This document shows, in pieces, positions 11,647 to 24,007 of a stretch of 64,000 nucleotides of DNA. Location of the stretch: positions 434,001 through 498,000 of the forward strand of contig NW_020847344.1 in assembly GCF_003704095.1 (NCBI RefSeq), read 5' to 3'. Source of the stretch: Pocillopora damicornis. Its lineage: Eukaryota. The notes beneath the pieces were generated by a model. It made no database searches. It was not told the origin of the DNA and worked only from the letters and a program-made list of their open reading frames with translations. Numbering within the stretch: position 1 is the first letter of the stretch; each line of letters opens with the position of its first letter. The translations under genes and the position numbers were made by a program.

Positions 11647-13756
11647 AATACATAAATTTTAAGTAATATTAGACCTATGATTTCATATAATATATACACT
11701 TATATCAGTAACACAGTCCAGCCATAACATGGTCATATAGTTCAGCACACTAAGTTGAATTATGCTGGTGCAATACAAACCAATATGATAAAAATACGTC
11801 TTATTGCCTTAAAAATATATTTGTTATATTGTTCAGTAATCTAACTTCAATAAAATATGTTGACACACTTTAAAAATTAAGTTTGTATCACATACAGTAC
11901 TAAGATGCTTTCCACCTCTATAAAAAAAATTATTACTCTTCAAAACTTCTACACATCCAGTAAAGAAATAGACGGAACTTCTACGTATGAAATCTCCTTT
12001 GATGCTGACTTTATAAGAAATAAGTAAATTTTTCCTATCCACTAAAAGGTTATTAGCTGAATCAATTTATCTTAGACCGATTTAAGTTTATAATTGAATA
12101 ATAACATCATCTTTTGAAAAAAAACGTGAATAGAACAAAAAGCGATACGATAATGTGGCAGTCCTCTAGTTTTTTTTTAGTAAAACCAAAAGTACCCAGA
12201 GGCCCGCGAGTATGAGTTTGTCACAATACAGTTACGAGATAACCTTACAAAGGCATTCTTATTATATGAGATCTTTTTAAGTTAACATGCTGACTATGAA
12301 AAGAAACCAGAAAATTACCCACTAAAAAGTCCTCAGACTAAACATCTTCTCCTAATCTGATAAAAAACCGAAACAATCAGTGGTTACAACGATGTTGGTG
12401 TTGTTAAAACTGTTACAAACACTCGACCAAAATCCATCATGCAACGGTGCAAGAAGTGCAATAAGTACAGACATAGGAATTGTCTAGCAATTCACAATTT
12501 TTGATAAACTTTACGTAGTAAATAACACATAAGGAAAAAAAAGCAAAGAAATGAATCCCCAAGCTGTGTTCTCTATCATTCATATTTCATTCTTTATAAG
12601 ACAATATTAAACTTTAGTTTTCAAACTCGTTTCATTTGTCATCTTCTACTAATATTGACAACTTTAAACTGTGGCAAATGTGGAAACAGTTAAATCAAAA
12701 CACGGTGGCTTTATAAAGAGGTTATTTCTTGACACTGTGGAGTAAACAGTTTCCACATGATACTAAGTAAAAAAAGTCATTATTTTGTTAAAAATACTTT
12801 TCTCAGATCGCTATTACTTGGAAAATAATCTTGATTAAAATTCAGCCGGTAGCAATGCTATAAAAGCTAGTTTCCTTTAGCTTAACCATTACTGTATCAA
12901 CCAAAGTATGTAAATAGAACTTTTTGGATGTAAAAATGCTACCACTACTGGTTACGTGTAAACACGATGGAAAACCCCTAAGTAGGCATTTTATCTCTTA
13001 CATAAAGTGAAATAAATTATAACTTTTTAAACATCTAATTAGATACTATTATAAGAAACATAAAAAAGTATTTAAAATTGGGGGATTCTTCACTGGAATG
13101 TTTTCAGGGAAGTTCATGAATTTCTGCTTAATGTAAGCTTGTACTTCACAATTTAACAAAATCCTGAAAACACAGTAACATTATAGACAGTGTTCCACTT
13201 ATGGAAACTACATCAATGTTAAAAACATAATTTTATAAAACATTTAACATAATTTCAAATATGCATGGCTGGACTGTGTTATTGATATTAAAGTATTGAG
13301 AATTGAACTAAATTGTAGGAAAAATGTTTCAACTTATACTTAATTCTAAAATAGACAAACAAAAAAACTGCTACCTTCACCTTGAAGAAAAAATTATCAC
13401 CCCGCAAGTCAGACATGGCAAAAAATTAGCCACAGATGACTGTCTTCCCACCTTAGTATGAGATACTTATCTGGAACAGATTAACCATGCCACCTTGTCA
13501 AAAAGTCCTAAAATATGACAGGACAAATGTATTGTGCTAAAGGAAGAGACATGTTGGGAAAGAAGGGTGTCTCTTTGAAGAACCTTTGAATACAATTCCT
13601 GTTTCCAAAGATTGCACATACCCAAATTTTCAATTGTTTCAGAAATACATCTTTTCACTTGCTGATATTATTTTGGGTGAGAAGAAGAAGGCAAAGAGAG
13701 CGAGAGAGAGAAAGAGTAAAGCTGGAAGGCAAACATGATGAAAGAAAATTAATGAT

Positions 13757-16700
13757 CTAGAAGAAATTTTTAACCACCAGTTTGATTTTCTTGCGGCACA
13801 CTGGACATTTCTTTTTTTCTTCCTTTAGTCTCTCCGCACATCCAATGCAACACACAAGATGACCAGTTCTTCCATGAACAATACTAGCATTTCGAGGTTG
13901 CGTCAAGCAAATTATGCACAAGTCAGGTGTAAACCCTGATGCAGAGTTTTCATTGTTGAAGTTCTGTAGCAAAGTTTTGCTGGGATTTTCAGCTTTTGAT
14001 GTAGTGTGATTTGAAGCATGAGACAGTCTTTCAGTATTCTCCTTTACTGATGAAGATGAACCCTCAATATATGATGCAAGATTAGGAAGTGGCACAACTG
14101 TTGATAATGCCACTGTTGAGGATGGATGGTCAATGGTTGGTGTAACGGCAAGTGACGAAGATTTTTGAAGAGAATGTGAGCATGATTTGTCTGTTGATCC
14201 TGTTAAATCTATATTAGGTTCTGAAGTCAATCTATAAATAGAAAAGAGAAATGTAAAAATACCTTAGATAGTACTGCTTCCATATTGGTTGTGGTTATGT
14301 CAAGCTATCATGAACCTGAGTTTCGGACTCAATTCAAACACCTCAAATCAAAACTTACTGTCGAGTTACTGAAAATGAACAGATAGATTCCATGTTGCTG
14401 TGCCTGTTTGGCAAAAGATCACAGATGACATCACAATGTGGAAAACAAAAAGGGACATACAATGTACAGCCAAGTGTGTCACTGATGTTCTTGCCACATC
14501 ATAAAGTCTTCTGTAATCTTTAACTGTACAGACCCTCAACAACATTGAAATTCTAAAAAAGCAAAATGTTGATAATGATGATGTCATCTATGTGTCCATC
14601 CTCCAATACCCAGTCAAAATGCATGTAAAACTACAAATTAAACTGAATGTGTACAGACCTTTTCAATGTAGGCAGCCAGGCATGTCTCTCAATCCAGCAA
14701 CGAGCACATCGGGGAGAAAATGGATGGTTTTTCAAGTCACAATGTGAGCATGCCCAAAAGTCATCTTCATCAAATTCTGAATCAGATTCCCTATCCCCTT
14801 CATACTCATCTCCTCCTTCAGCCCCAGGATCCTCTTCTGAACTGGTTATATTTTCTTATAGAGAACAGTAAAAGCCAATGAGTATTGAGTTCAAATACTG
14901 TTACATATCTACCTCAATTCTGTTTTTTCTCTGTTCTGTCTGTTTTACTGTGGTAAAAGTTACTTGGGCATCTCAAAGGTTTATCCAAAATTTCACGTAA
15001 TTCAACTTGTGAAAATGCCTTTGCACTAAAATGTACACGTTGAACTCTGCAGCTCAATATCTCTTGCTCTGTACTAAACAAACCATCCCAGACAACACTT
15101 TGAATCTGCCCCTCTAGAAGGATGGGAAGAAACATTCCATGGAAATTAAATATAATTACAATTTTGGTTCCTTTGACTTCACATTTATTTCTGATAAATG
15201 TTGGCAAGTTGGTGATTCCAGCAGAAGACTTATGTACCATAAGTTCCCTCTTATATGTTCTTCAACCAACTGCTTAAAAATGCAAACAATGTTTACTATC
15301 ACAAACCAGTATCACTTTCATCGTCATCTTCCTCTTCTTCCTCAGGTTCTTCTGTGTCAGAATCAGGAGGCTCATATTCCACAGTCTCAACATCTCCTAC
15401 AACAAAATAAATACACATCAGCCTATCATAGTTAAGTAAGAAATTGACCAAAAAAAAAAGGGGCTGCACCCCTTCCTAAAAGGTTGCATGTACCTCATCT
15501 GTAACCAACCCTTGCTCTTTACAAAAATGACAAATCAGATGAGTCACTTTCAAATATTACTGACGTAAAAAGATAAGTTTACAAATTATCACTTATTAGG
15601 AGAAATTACAGCTGATCTTTATAGATCCCTCAAAGTAAATTTTAGTCTTCCCTTCTTTACAGCTCAAGTGCACAAAAGTAACATTATTTCAGCAAAGCAG
15701 TACTTAACCCTTTGACTCTAATGAGAGACCAAGACAGAATTTCTCCTTACAATATCAATACAAAATCAAGTAGATTACTGATGAGAGTAAATAAAAATAT
15801 GAATTAGGGGTTTATTGGTTGATTTAATGCCAAAGCCCCCTACTAACATGATAAGAATATGAAGGCAGACAGTATAGAGAATTACTAATATGATCACCGG
15901 AGTGAAAAGGTTAAATGTTGCAGGTTTTAGGAAGATGCTAACTTGCATACCATTCAGAAAAAAAAGATCATCTTCAGAGTCAGTCACAATAGCAGTCACA
16001 GCAGACTCGTAACCTTTCACAAAGTAAACTGTGCTGGATGATTCAGACACTTCACTCTCACTTTCTGATGCTCTTGTTGCTTTGAACCCAATACACCATG
16101 GAATTCGCTCTGGAGGACTGTAACTACCTTTCACCCCAAGAACATCTGGAAAACAAGAAAAACACTCCAGGTTAAAGTTCAATATGACAGTCAGATTTAT
16201 TTTTACTATGAAACATACGAGTAACACACTTAGTAGAGTTGTCTACAATTGCAGAAATTAATAAAGACATGGTTTTATACCACAACTAGTGTGTATTTCA
16301 CTCTAAATACACCAGCATTAAGAATCATGATTTTATAATGAAACTAACTGGCACCATGACAATTAAGTGGTCTGTTTATGAATGATGTTCTAATGACATC
16401 ATGCACAGCAAGATATCATATACTTTGGTCTTGGCCTTCAAAGGTAGAGAAGGGAATTTTCAAATCAAATACCCAAAAACAGGGAACACTTAAGAACATA
16501 ATCGGTTCAACTTTATCAACAAAACTGTTCATAGTTGAAATTGCATCTCAGGGCACAACCTTTGGCAGAAGACAAATATTTTTTTAGCAGTTAAATTCCT
16601 TCATAAAATAACCAAATATTTTTTAAATTACAAATAATGAGATTGGATCAGTTTATCCAATTGAAACTAATTTCCTTTTGAAGCAAGAAAGCTGACCACA

Positions 16701-19700
16701 AAAATACATCTAAAGAAAGTATCTCCATACCTGTCCATGATCCTCGTTTTCTTTTTCTACCTTCCACACTTTTCTTCTTACCAAAGCCTCCTGTATTATT
16801 TAAAACAATTAAGGTATAATGGGTCTTTCAGTAACCTGCCAAAACTGAATGTGGGCCACAAACTGGCATGACAGCATTTCAACCTTATTGATCTCTTCAA
16901 ATCTCATAACAGAATTATATCATTACTTGCATTTCACATTCAAATGCTGTAAACATTACTCTGAAAGAACAATATATTTATACCTTGTGGTTAACTCTCC
17001 TTACAGAGAACATTTAGTCAGATTGCCATAAGAGGGTTAAAGATAAACATTCTGCTCAGCACTACCATAATATTTACTGTAAGAGGGTGCTTAACAATAG
17101 ATGACAATGTTTTTCATCCTATACTAAATTGCAGGAAGTACATAGTTGCTTTATTAAGTTAAGAGAGAACACTTTTTCACACGCACTGAGTTGGTATGTT
17201 CAAGGATGGCTTAATGACATGTTGCAAAAACATGTCTGTGATAATAAAAATGAAAAATGTTAGATGCTAGTTATAACATGCTCATAGTCATGGTGCTAAT
17301 TTGGACACTATAAACATTGAACATTGGTTACCTTGCTCATTGTCTGAACTATCACACTGTGGACCAATCCGTATCTCACTAGAGAAATCAAATAAATAAA
17401 CATTCATGAATATAAATTAGTACAGCTTTAACTAACTGATGAATTAAGTAACACTCCTTCAAATTGGTCCATGAATTTCATTAAAGATCTGTTTTCTTGA
17501 ATGTATGGTGAGGTCATATGATTGTAATCTGACAAACAGAAACAATAGAATTGAGTTACAACAAAAAGAAGGTGGGTGAAAGGATTAACCTTTGAGCTCT
17601 GAGATGTTTTCATAACAGTTGGTTTTGGAGATCCCAACTTTTCCATGCACAGGGTCACACAAACAACAAAACATAAATAACTTGTTTAGTTAAATCATAC
17701 TAAAAGCCTCACATAAATAACATTAAATTAAGAGACAATTATTGGTACAAGGAAGCTTGTCACATCATGGATAGATGTCCAAAATCTTAATGCAATTTTC
17801 AGCAAAGTTATCATCTCAGAGAGAGCTTGCCTCTATTTTAAGGTACATTGACATAAATAACCATGGCCCCTAAAAATTGTGTTCAGTACAGTTTCCAAAC
17901 CATGAATCTTTCACCCTTTTCCAAAATCTCTCCATGTACATCCAATTCACAAACCACATATGTGTACACTGAATTTCACCTTTTAAATCAATAAGGGTGA
18001 AACATAAAGTGCACCTTTTAAGTGCTACCAAGTGTCTTACTCCTTAACAAACAAGGGGGAATTTTAGTCTATTTTGACAATCTTGGCATGATCAAATCCC
18101 TTATTCTCATAATTAACTAGTATTGGTAAGGAAATAAAGGGAGGAAGGTTTGTCCAGCCGCTTGGGACTTTTAAAAAACTGCATGAAATAGATGTACAAT
18201 ATAATAGTTTGCACTGCACATTAAAAATTCCAAGCAGTTGTTCCAGTTATGTCTTATGCAGGGCTTGCGCATTATGTTCTGTTGAAAGAATGAAATAAAC
18301 ATTTTTACTCCACCCTGATAACCCAGGGAGCATGCCAAGGCCAGCCCAAGAAGAGCCCTTATCTTTTTGCTGTAGAAAAAAAAAACAGGCATGGGGCATT
18401 AAAATAGCATTATAAAAATAGAGAAAAATTTGCATAAGCTAATTGGTGCAATGCTGTGCTGCTCCAACACTAATTCACCAGTTTTCATGAAGTCCTACAA
18501 TAAATTCATGACCTATGCTTTTTTGCACACCAGTTTGCTAGAACCTCCACTATTTATCAATTCACTGTGCTTAATGAATATAACCTAATTGGGGGATTGC
18601 ATTTATAGCAGTGAATGCATCAAGGAAAAAATCTGGTAGCCTAATTCAGATGCAGATAAAAAAAATGTGAGTTTGTATAATTTAGCAACATATAACATTT
18701 AAACTCATATTATTTGAAAGCAGTGAACCAAATCTAAATGAACGGGTGAGATTGTTTCGCTGGAGTGACCACGTTTTTCTAATAGCACTGGGGCAGTTGT
18801 TCAGACTCGTTCGATTAACAAGCCTCGACTTGTCCTAGGTATCAATACCGTAGTGATGCAGCCATCAGGATGGAATGCGAATGTCATTTATTGGCGATCG
18901 TAGATCACGAACGACATCTTTAAGCCTCTGTACCGTGCATTTAACAGTTCGGTAACTTATTTTGCACCACGCTCTCCTAGGTCAACAACATGTAAATGCA
19001 AATAAAATAACACGAGGTCTTGCTTTGTGAAGCGAAAAGCAGTGTGCTGTTGACGAGATAAAAGTATTGCAGCGTTTATCAGACGATGTAAGCCACTAAG
19101 TACCGAAAGATTTTGAGCTCTTAATATCGCTAAAAGAATGTCAAGATCGGCAAGAAGATGAAAAAAAGAAAAAAAAAACAATAAACCCGATCATATCACA
19201 CAACACACTGATCGAATGTAAGATGAGGGCAAAACAGTGGGTTGGTTCCTGGGTCACTTGGACGAAAAATGAGAAGAATAATTCAGAATCTTAACAGCAA
19301 GGCTCTTATGATAACAAACAGATGTTCTGAGGTCTGATTGAGAGGGAAAGGAAAGTAAAAACAGAGATGCCAAGAAATTAGATACGGTCTGGCGTTGAGC
19401 GTGGGAAAACGACCTTTAACATTTTGCTATAGCCGCGTCAGTCGTCGGCTAGAGCCATAATCCGGGCTTTATTTCAATTTGCGTAGTGCGATTGAGGAAT
19501 AATAATTCTTCACAGATAAGTAGAATGAGTCTTCAACAAATACACATGTTTGAGATACCTCCGACGAAAATGAAAGGCCGTAACGTGTAACTCGACCTCT
19601 TCACATGGGACAACAGATTATGTTCATGTAACTCGCGTATTAATGAATGGACAAAACCTTTCTTGAACAATCAACTCATCACCTAAGATTCACTGACCTC

Positions 19701-20361
19701 TAAAATTCGAGTGAAATTCTTACGTTTCTAAATAGCTAAGGGCGCGAAAATTCTCGGCTTACATTTCTCAAGTGTATTTTAGCGTGGGTACCATTCTGTG
19801 AAGATTTCGGATATGTCCTTTCACGTCCCAAGATATAGCGCGGCGAGAACTGTGGTATTCACAGCAATGGAAAACAGGGAAACGGCAAAATTACTTAATT
19901 AAAATGTATCCCGAGTTAAATGTTTGCCGTGGATTTTGTAATCAATGAGAGATTTCGCCATAACTTTTCCATGCGATTACAAAAAAATATTCACGGTTGA
20001 ATTTTACATTCAAAATATTGCAAAACAAATGTCTGTTTAGCTGACTATCACAATCACATTATTCAAGCAACCCTAGCGCAAAATTACCAATAAAATCAAG
20101 GAAATAACTACAGAGAGCAAAAAGGTTGGGCTTACAAACAACAGCAAGATGTGAATTGCGGACAAGCCGACTTCGCTCTGAAGGAAGTTATAGTAACACT
20201 ACTTATCGATACACTTGGGGCTCCCGATGACAAAATTTATCAAACAACTAGACTCATAAATAGTTGAAAGTACAGTCTAACTTACCAAGCCTTCTGCTCG
20301 ACCAAAGCGCCATCCATAACCTTCTTATCAGTCCCTTCACTCCGCGCTCACCGATACACAT
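13757..20361 (-). CDS. MDM2: MDM2/MDM4-family E3 ubiquitin ligase (single ancestral-type MDM)
   Basis: Last exon 14231-13757 has the MDM-type C2H2C4 RING (CIICLTQPRNASIVHGRTGHLVCCIGC...CPVC) with an aromatic C-terminal tail (KNFF). Exon 14854-14659 has a RanBP2 zinc finger (WACSHCDLKNHPFSPRCARCW). Acidic exon 15396-15308 (VEYEPPDSD...EEEEDDDES); exon 16146-15951; NLS-like exon ~16790-16731 (RKRKR); exons ~17378-17332, 17528-~17437 and 20361-20286. The start codon and 5' exons are less certain. Confidence 0.88.
15708..15910. mobile_element. TTAA-flanked piggyBac-like MITE in an MDM intron
   Basis: TTAA|ccctttgactc ... gagtgaaaagg|TTAA. Confidence 0.7.
18816..18835. promoter_or_regulatory. Candidate intronic p53-family response element (18/20)
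   Basis: TAACAAGCCT CGACTTGTCC, zero spacer, both CWWG cores intact, in MDM intron 1. Confidence 0.5.
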
Positions 20362-20693
20362 GAACTTTCCTGTCCTTGCGTTCTGTCCATGGACTTCGAA
20401 GACAAATGCTTCTACACTTAGGAGAATTTCAGACTGATCCTCATCCAAACTTTCAGCTGAAACACTGTTAGATTTTCTAAAACAATTCTCTTCTGTTGAG
20501 AAAAACCTCTCTCGAACAAAAGGAATTTAGAAATAAACGACAAAACCAGGTTTAAATTGGTATCAAAAAGAAATAATGTTGTTCAGTATTCGGTTCGAAA
20601 CCAGTAGTTCGAACCCTCGATGGACTTGAATTTCTCCCAAATGGCGCCGGAAGCTGGGCACACCGCACCGGATACCAAGGCTTGACAATGAGC

Positions 20694-20713
20694 GAACTTG
20701 TCCAAGCATGTCC
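20694..20713. promoter_or_regulatory. Perfect p53/p63/p73 response element in the MDM promoter
   Basis: GAACTTGTCC AAGCATGTCC is a 20/20 match to RRRCWWGYYY x2 with zero spacer. Confidence 0.85.
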
Positions 20714-20720
20714 TGATTAT

Positions 20721-20838
20721 CATTGGCTGTTTAAATTTTAATCTTAGTGCTGATTGGTCTGTTTTTGACAGGTTTCTTTTAGAGCTATTTCACTTTCGCG
20801 CGCTTTTTATCAGCTAGTTATCAATGGCAATTTCGCGC
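20721..20838. promoter_or_regulatory. MDM promoter module: two CCAAT boxes (about 20722 and 20753) and two E2F sites TTTCGCGC (20794, 20831)
   Basis: Direct motif matches clustered next to the p53 element; YY1-like ATGGCG at 20641. Confidence 0.6.
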
Positions 20839-22999
20839 GCATCAGTGCCCTTGTTGACCTTATTTTGTCAGTCGGGGAGCTTTCGCACACCAACCGCAAA
20901 TTGTTTTGCTTGAACAGGTCGAAACATGAATTTTGACCTGAAAGAGAAATTTCTGTAAAAAGAAAACGAATTTCTTTTTTTTTAGAAATGAATAGCTATG
21001 AATCAAGGCTTCTTCAAAAGCCTTCAAGAGCAACTTTTTACAGTCAAAATTAGAGCAGACAATTCCAAAGTTTGTTGTACTCAAAAAGTGGCGTGAGCAA
21101 CAATGAAAATAAACTTTATCATTCCACCTTAATTACGGCGCCCTTCAAGTAAATTATCCTAAATTGGATGGTTACGTGATTAACATAAATGCAAACATTT
21201 TAATGTCGCTTGGCATCAATTTATCCCCTCTGCTTTAGTGGGAATGTTTTCGCAGCCAAATATTTTCATTAAGACTAGTCCCTCTTGGTATGTTTGCAAT
21301 TCGTGGATTTTTTAAAATCTATGCGATGAAAATGTGAAATCTGTTTCCCCTCTTACTGTTTTCTCCTTAGTACAAAATTTCAATCGGCATTTATTGAAAC
21401 CTGTGATCCCTCGTAGGGATGAAATAAGGGGACAAGAGTGCAACCTTTTTTTTTAGGGACAGACGTTTTCATTGATTGATTGATTGGATTTTTTTAGTTT
21501 GGGGGTGGGGTGTGGGGGGAGAGGGAAGGAGGAGACTGCAAGTTTGAAATGCGAGAAACGAGGTTGAGCATTCCTGTGAGAAACCTTATCAAATACCCCA
21601 CCGAGGCTTGATGATCGAGGCAGGGAACCTTGCCATTCCTTCTGTGCATCTGTTGGATTGACAAGCTTGGAGAGATCTTGTTGTTTTAGCTTCGTCCTTT
21701 TAGTTTTCAGACACGTCTTTACACATCATAGGAAAAACCTCTTTTTTTATTTGACACCTTGGCCTTTCTGTGAGTTTAGGTTTGTGGTTGTCGAAATAAA
21801 TTTTACAAATTCGTCGGAGAAAAATCAACATATCCCTCGGTTTTTCAATCGATAGAGCACGTAGCGAATAAATTTTCAGCATTTTAAAAACTATACCGAC
21901 AATTTTAGAGCCAGTAGAAAGTAGAAAGCAATGCTAAAACAAGAAGAAATATTCATTTAACCTATGCCTAGGACAATGAGTTTGAAAAATTGAGAATAAT
22001 GCTACCTGCGGAGTAAAAATACAAGGCGCTTGGACGACTGACGAAAGCGAGCAAGATCCTCTTTTAAAAACCAGCAACTCCAATCCAGTTCAGTCGAGTT
22101 GCACTTCAGAGAACGGTATAGTCGTTTTTATGCCTACATTGCGGTTTCCGAGCTAAAGATGAAAACTCTCAGTTATGATTTAACGTCACGGTTGACAGAA
22201 TTTATTTTCAAACTAATGGAAGCTTGATCTTTCTGAGTTGCTCGGGTCATCGAAAACATGTCATGGCAGGAGCCGGTAAAACTCAACTGACCGTAAAATT
22301 TTGGCCGGAGTACCATATAATAATTACCTTGCTTGTTCGAGCCACACCGGGGAATATTGGCGCTAGGTTAATAAGTAGTTATTACTGTCGCGCAAAATGT
22401 TGGGCTCGTTTTCTTGAGCGCAGTTGTCGATTTATTGTCCAATATGTGACGAGCAACTTCATGAACATACAGTGATAAGTGAAAAATGTTGTAAGAATGT
22501 GAAACTTGAAAACAATAATTAAGAATATGTATGAGTTTATTGCGGTCAGGTTGATAAATATGACACTGTTAATGAATTTGTTGATTTCATGAGAATCGAC
22601 ATAACATAAGAGGAAAGTTCGTTTATCATAGAAAGTATCACTTTTATAATATGATTACCACTTTATGCAGTAAAGATAACATGCAGATATCAACGAACGA
22701 TAAAAATATAGGATATAAGAGATTTTTGAAGACTGAGAGTGTGCTACCTCAGATTAATAGTGATCGTAAAGGGATGATCAATATTAATTTCATTTTAAAC
22801 GAATATTTAAGGTGATAAAATTACCCTATAAAAGCATACCAATATCCAAATTAAAAAGAGCATTAAAATTTTATAAGCAATCCTGGTGTAAAATTCAAAA
22901 ACTAATCGGTGATGATAACAAAACAATTATACGGAGATGAATTTTTGTAAATATTATTCATCCCAATTTTCAACCAAAGGACACATCTCCTATGCTGTT

Positions 23000-23995
23000 C
23001 TTTTTAGCAGGACATCTGCAGCGCCTCTCTTACAACCATCTCTAAAATGAATTTCATAAATTCCACGTTGTTTGACAACCAATTCATTATTGACCTCAGC
23101 AAAATGCGAGCTGCTTGAACTGACAGTGTTAAGGGTACTGTTATCAAATTTGACGACTTTTTCGTTGTTGTTACTAGGACTGTGAATATAAAAAAATACA
23201 TTTTCAATTTCTGTTGATTTGTAAGTTTGCATTGCTGTCAGAGGTCGTCTTAATGACATAATTTACGTTACCAGCGTAAGTGCTTTGATATGGTTGAGGT
23301 TCTTTGAAGTTTATGATACTTCTTGTATTCATATTGAGATTGCCAGACACCATTTCTGACCCATCGATTTTTAAAAAAATTGTTCGTCTTCGTATCAATG
23401 TACCGTTTATTACTACTATCTGTTTGACTAATCGGGTCAGCTAGATTAGAAATTGCGTTTCCTTTCACATCGAGGCCGTCAGACAAATCGAGGGAGAAGG
23501 CTTTTGAATCAATATATATTTTGTTCATAACATCTTGTGGTGATGAATTGCTGCTGTCATAGTATGGAATCAACAGTCCTGATTACAAAGTCTGTGGAAG
23601 CAAGTTATCCATATCCGGCGACTTTTTCGCTAGTTATGTCAGTCATCTGATGATAATGTAACAGCGGCATCAGCATCATTTTGACCTCTTCTTAAATCAG
23701 TCATCCGCTTATTATCAGCATCCCATGCATTATTTTTTATCAATTTTTAAACCAGTTGAATCACCCTTAGGCCCTTGAATTTCATAAATTTCTCACCTTT
23801 TGGTGCTTGATCACCAGTATCACCTATCAGACCCTGAGCACCTGTATCACGTTTTGGTTGTCAAGCACCGGTATCATTTTTTGGACCCTGAACTCCTTGA
23901 GGACCAGCGGATCCTGGAGGCCCCTCCCTACCCTGTTCTCCATCATTACCTTTCAAATTTTCTTTAATGTAACTATCACCATTAAATGCTCCCAT
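23000..23995 (-). pseudogene. Collagen-repeat, tail-fibre-like viral protein pseudogene
   Basis: ATG at 23995 (MGAFNG...GEQGREGPPGSAGPQGVQGPK...), then repeats LDVKGNAISNLADPISQTDSSNKRYID and GNLNMNTRSIINFKEPQP. Confidence 0.7.
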
Positions 23996-24007
23996 ATATA
24001 CATATGA

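Noticed and set aside
12477-12493. GAATTG-tctag-CAATTC as the centre of a giant palindrome bounded by the 11702/13265 inverted repeat
   Set aside because: The sequence immediately flanking it is not complementary.
14366-14587. ORF as an extra MDM exon
   Set aside because: Exon 14659 splices in phase directly to 14231; this ORF ends in a stop and has no MDM motif.
14914-15240. 108-aa ORF as an MDM exon
   Set aside because: 15308 joins 14854 in phase without it, and the frame terminates before the nearby donor.
17215-17237. Third p53 element (TGACATGTTG caa AAACATGTCT)
   Set aside because: A 3-bp spacer and two mismatches; matches this weak are expected by chance.
23770-23950. Host collagen gene
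   Set aside because: Intronless, short, disrupted and embedded between viral-type genes.
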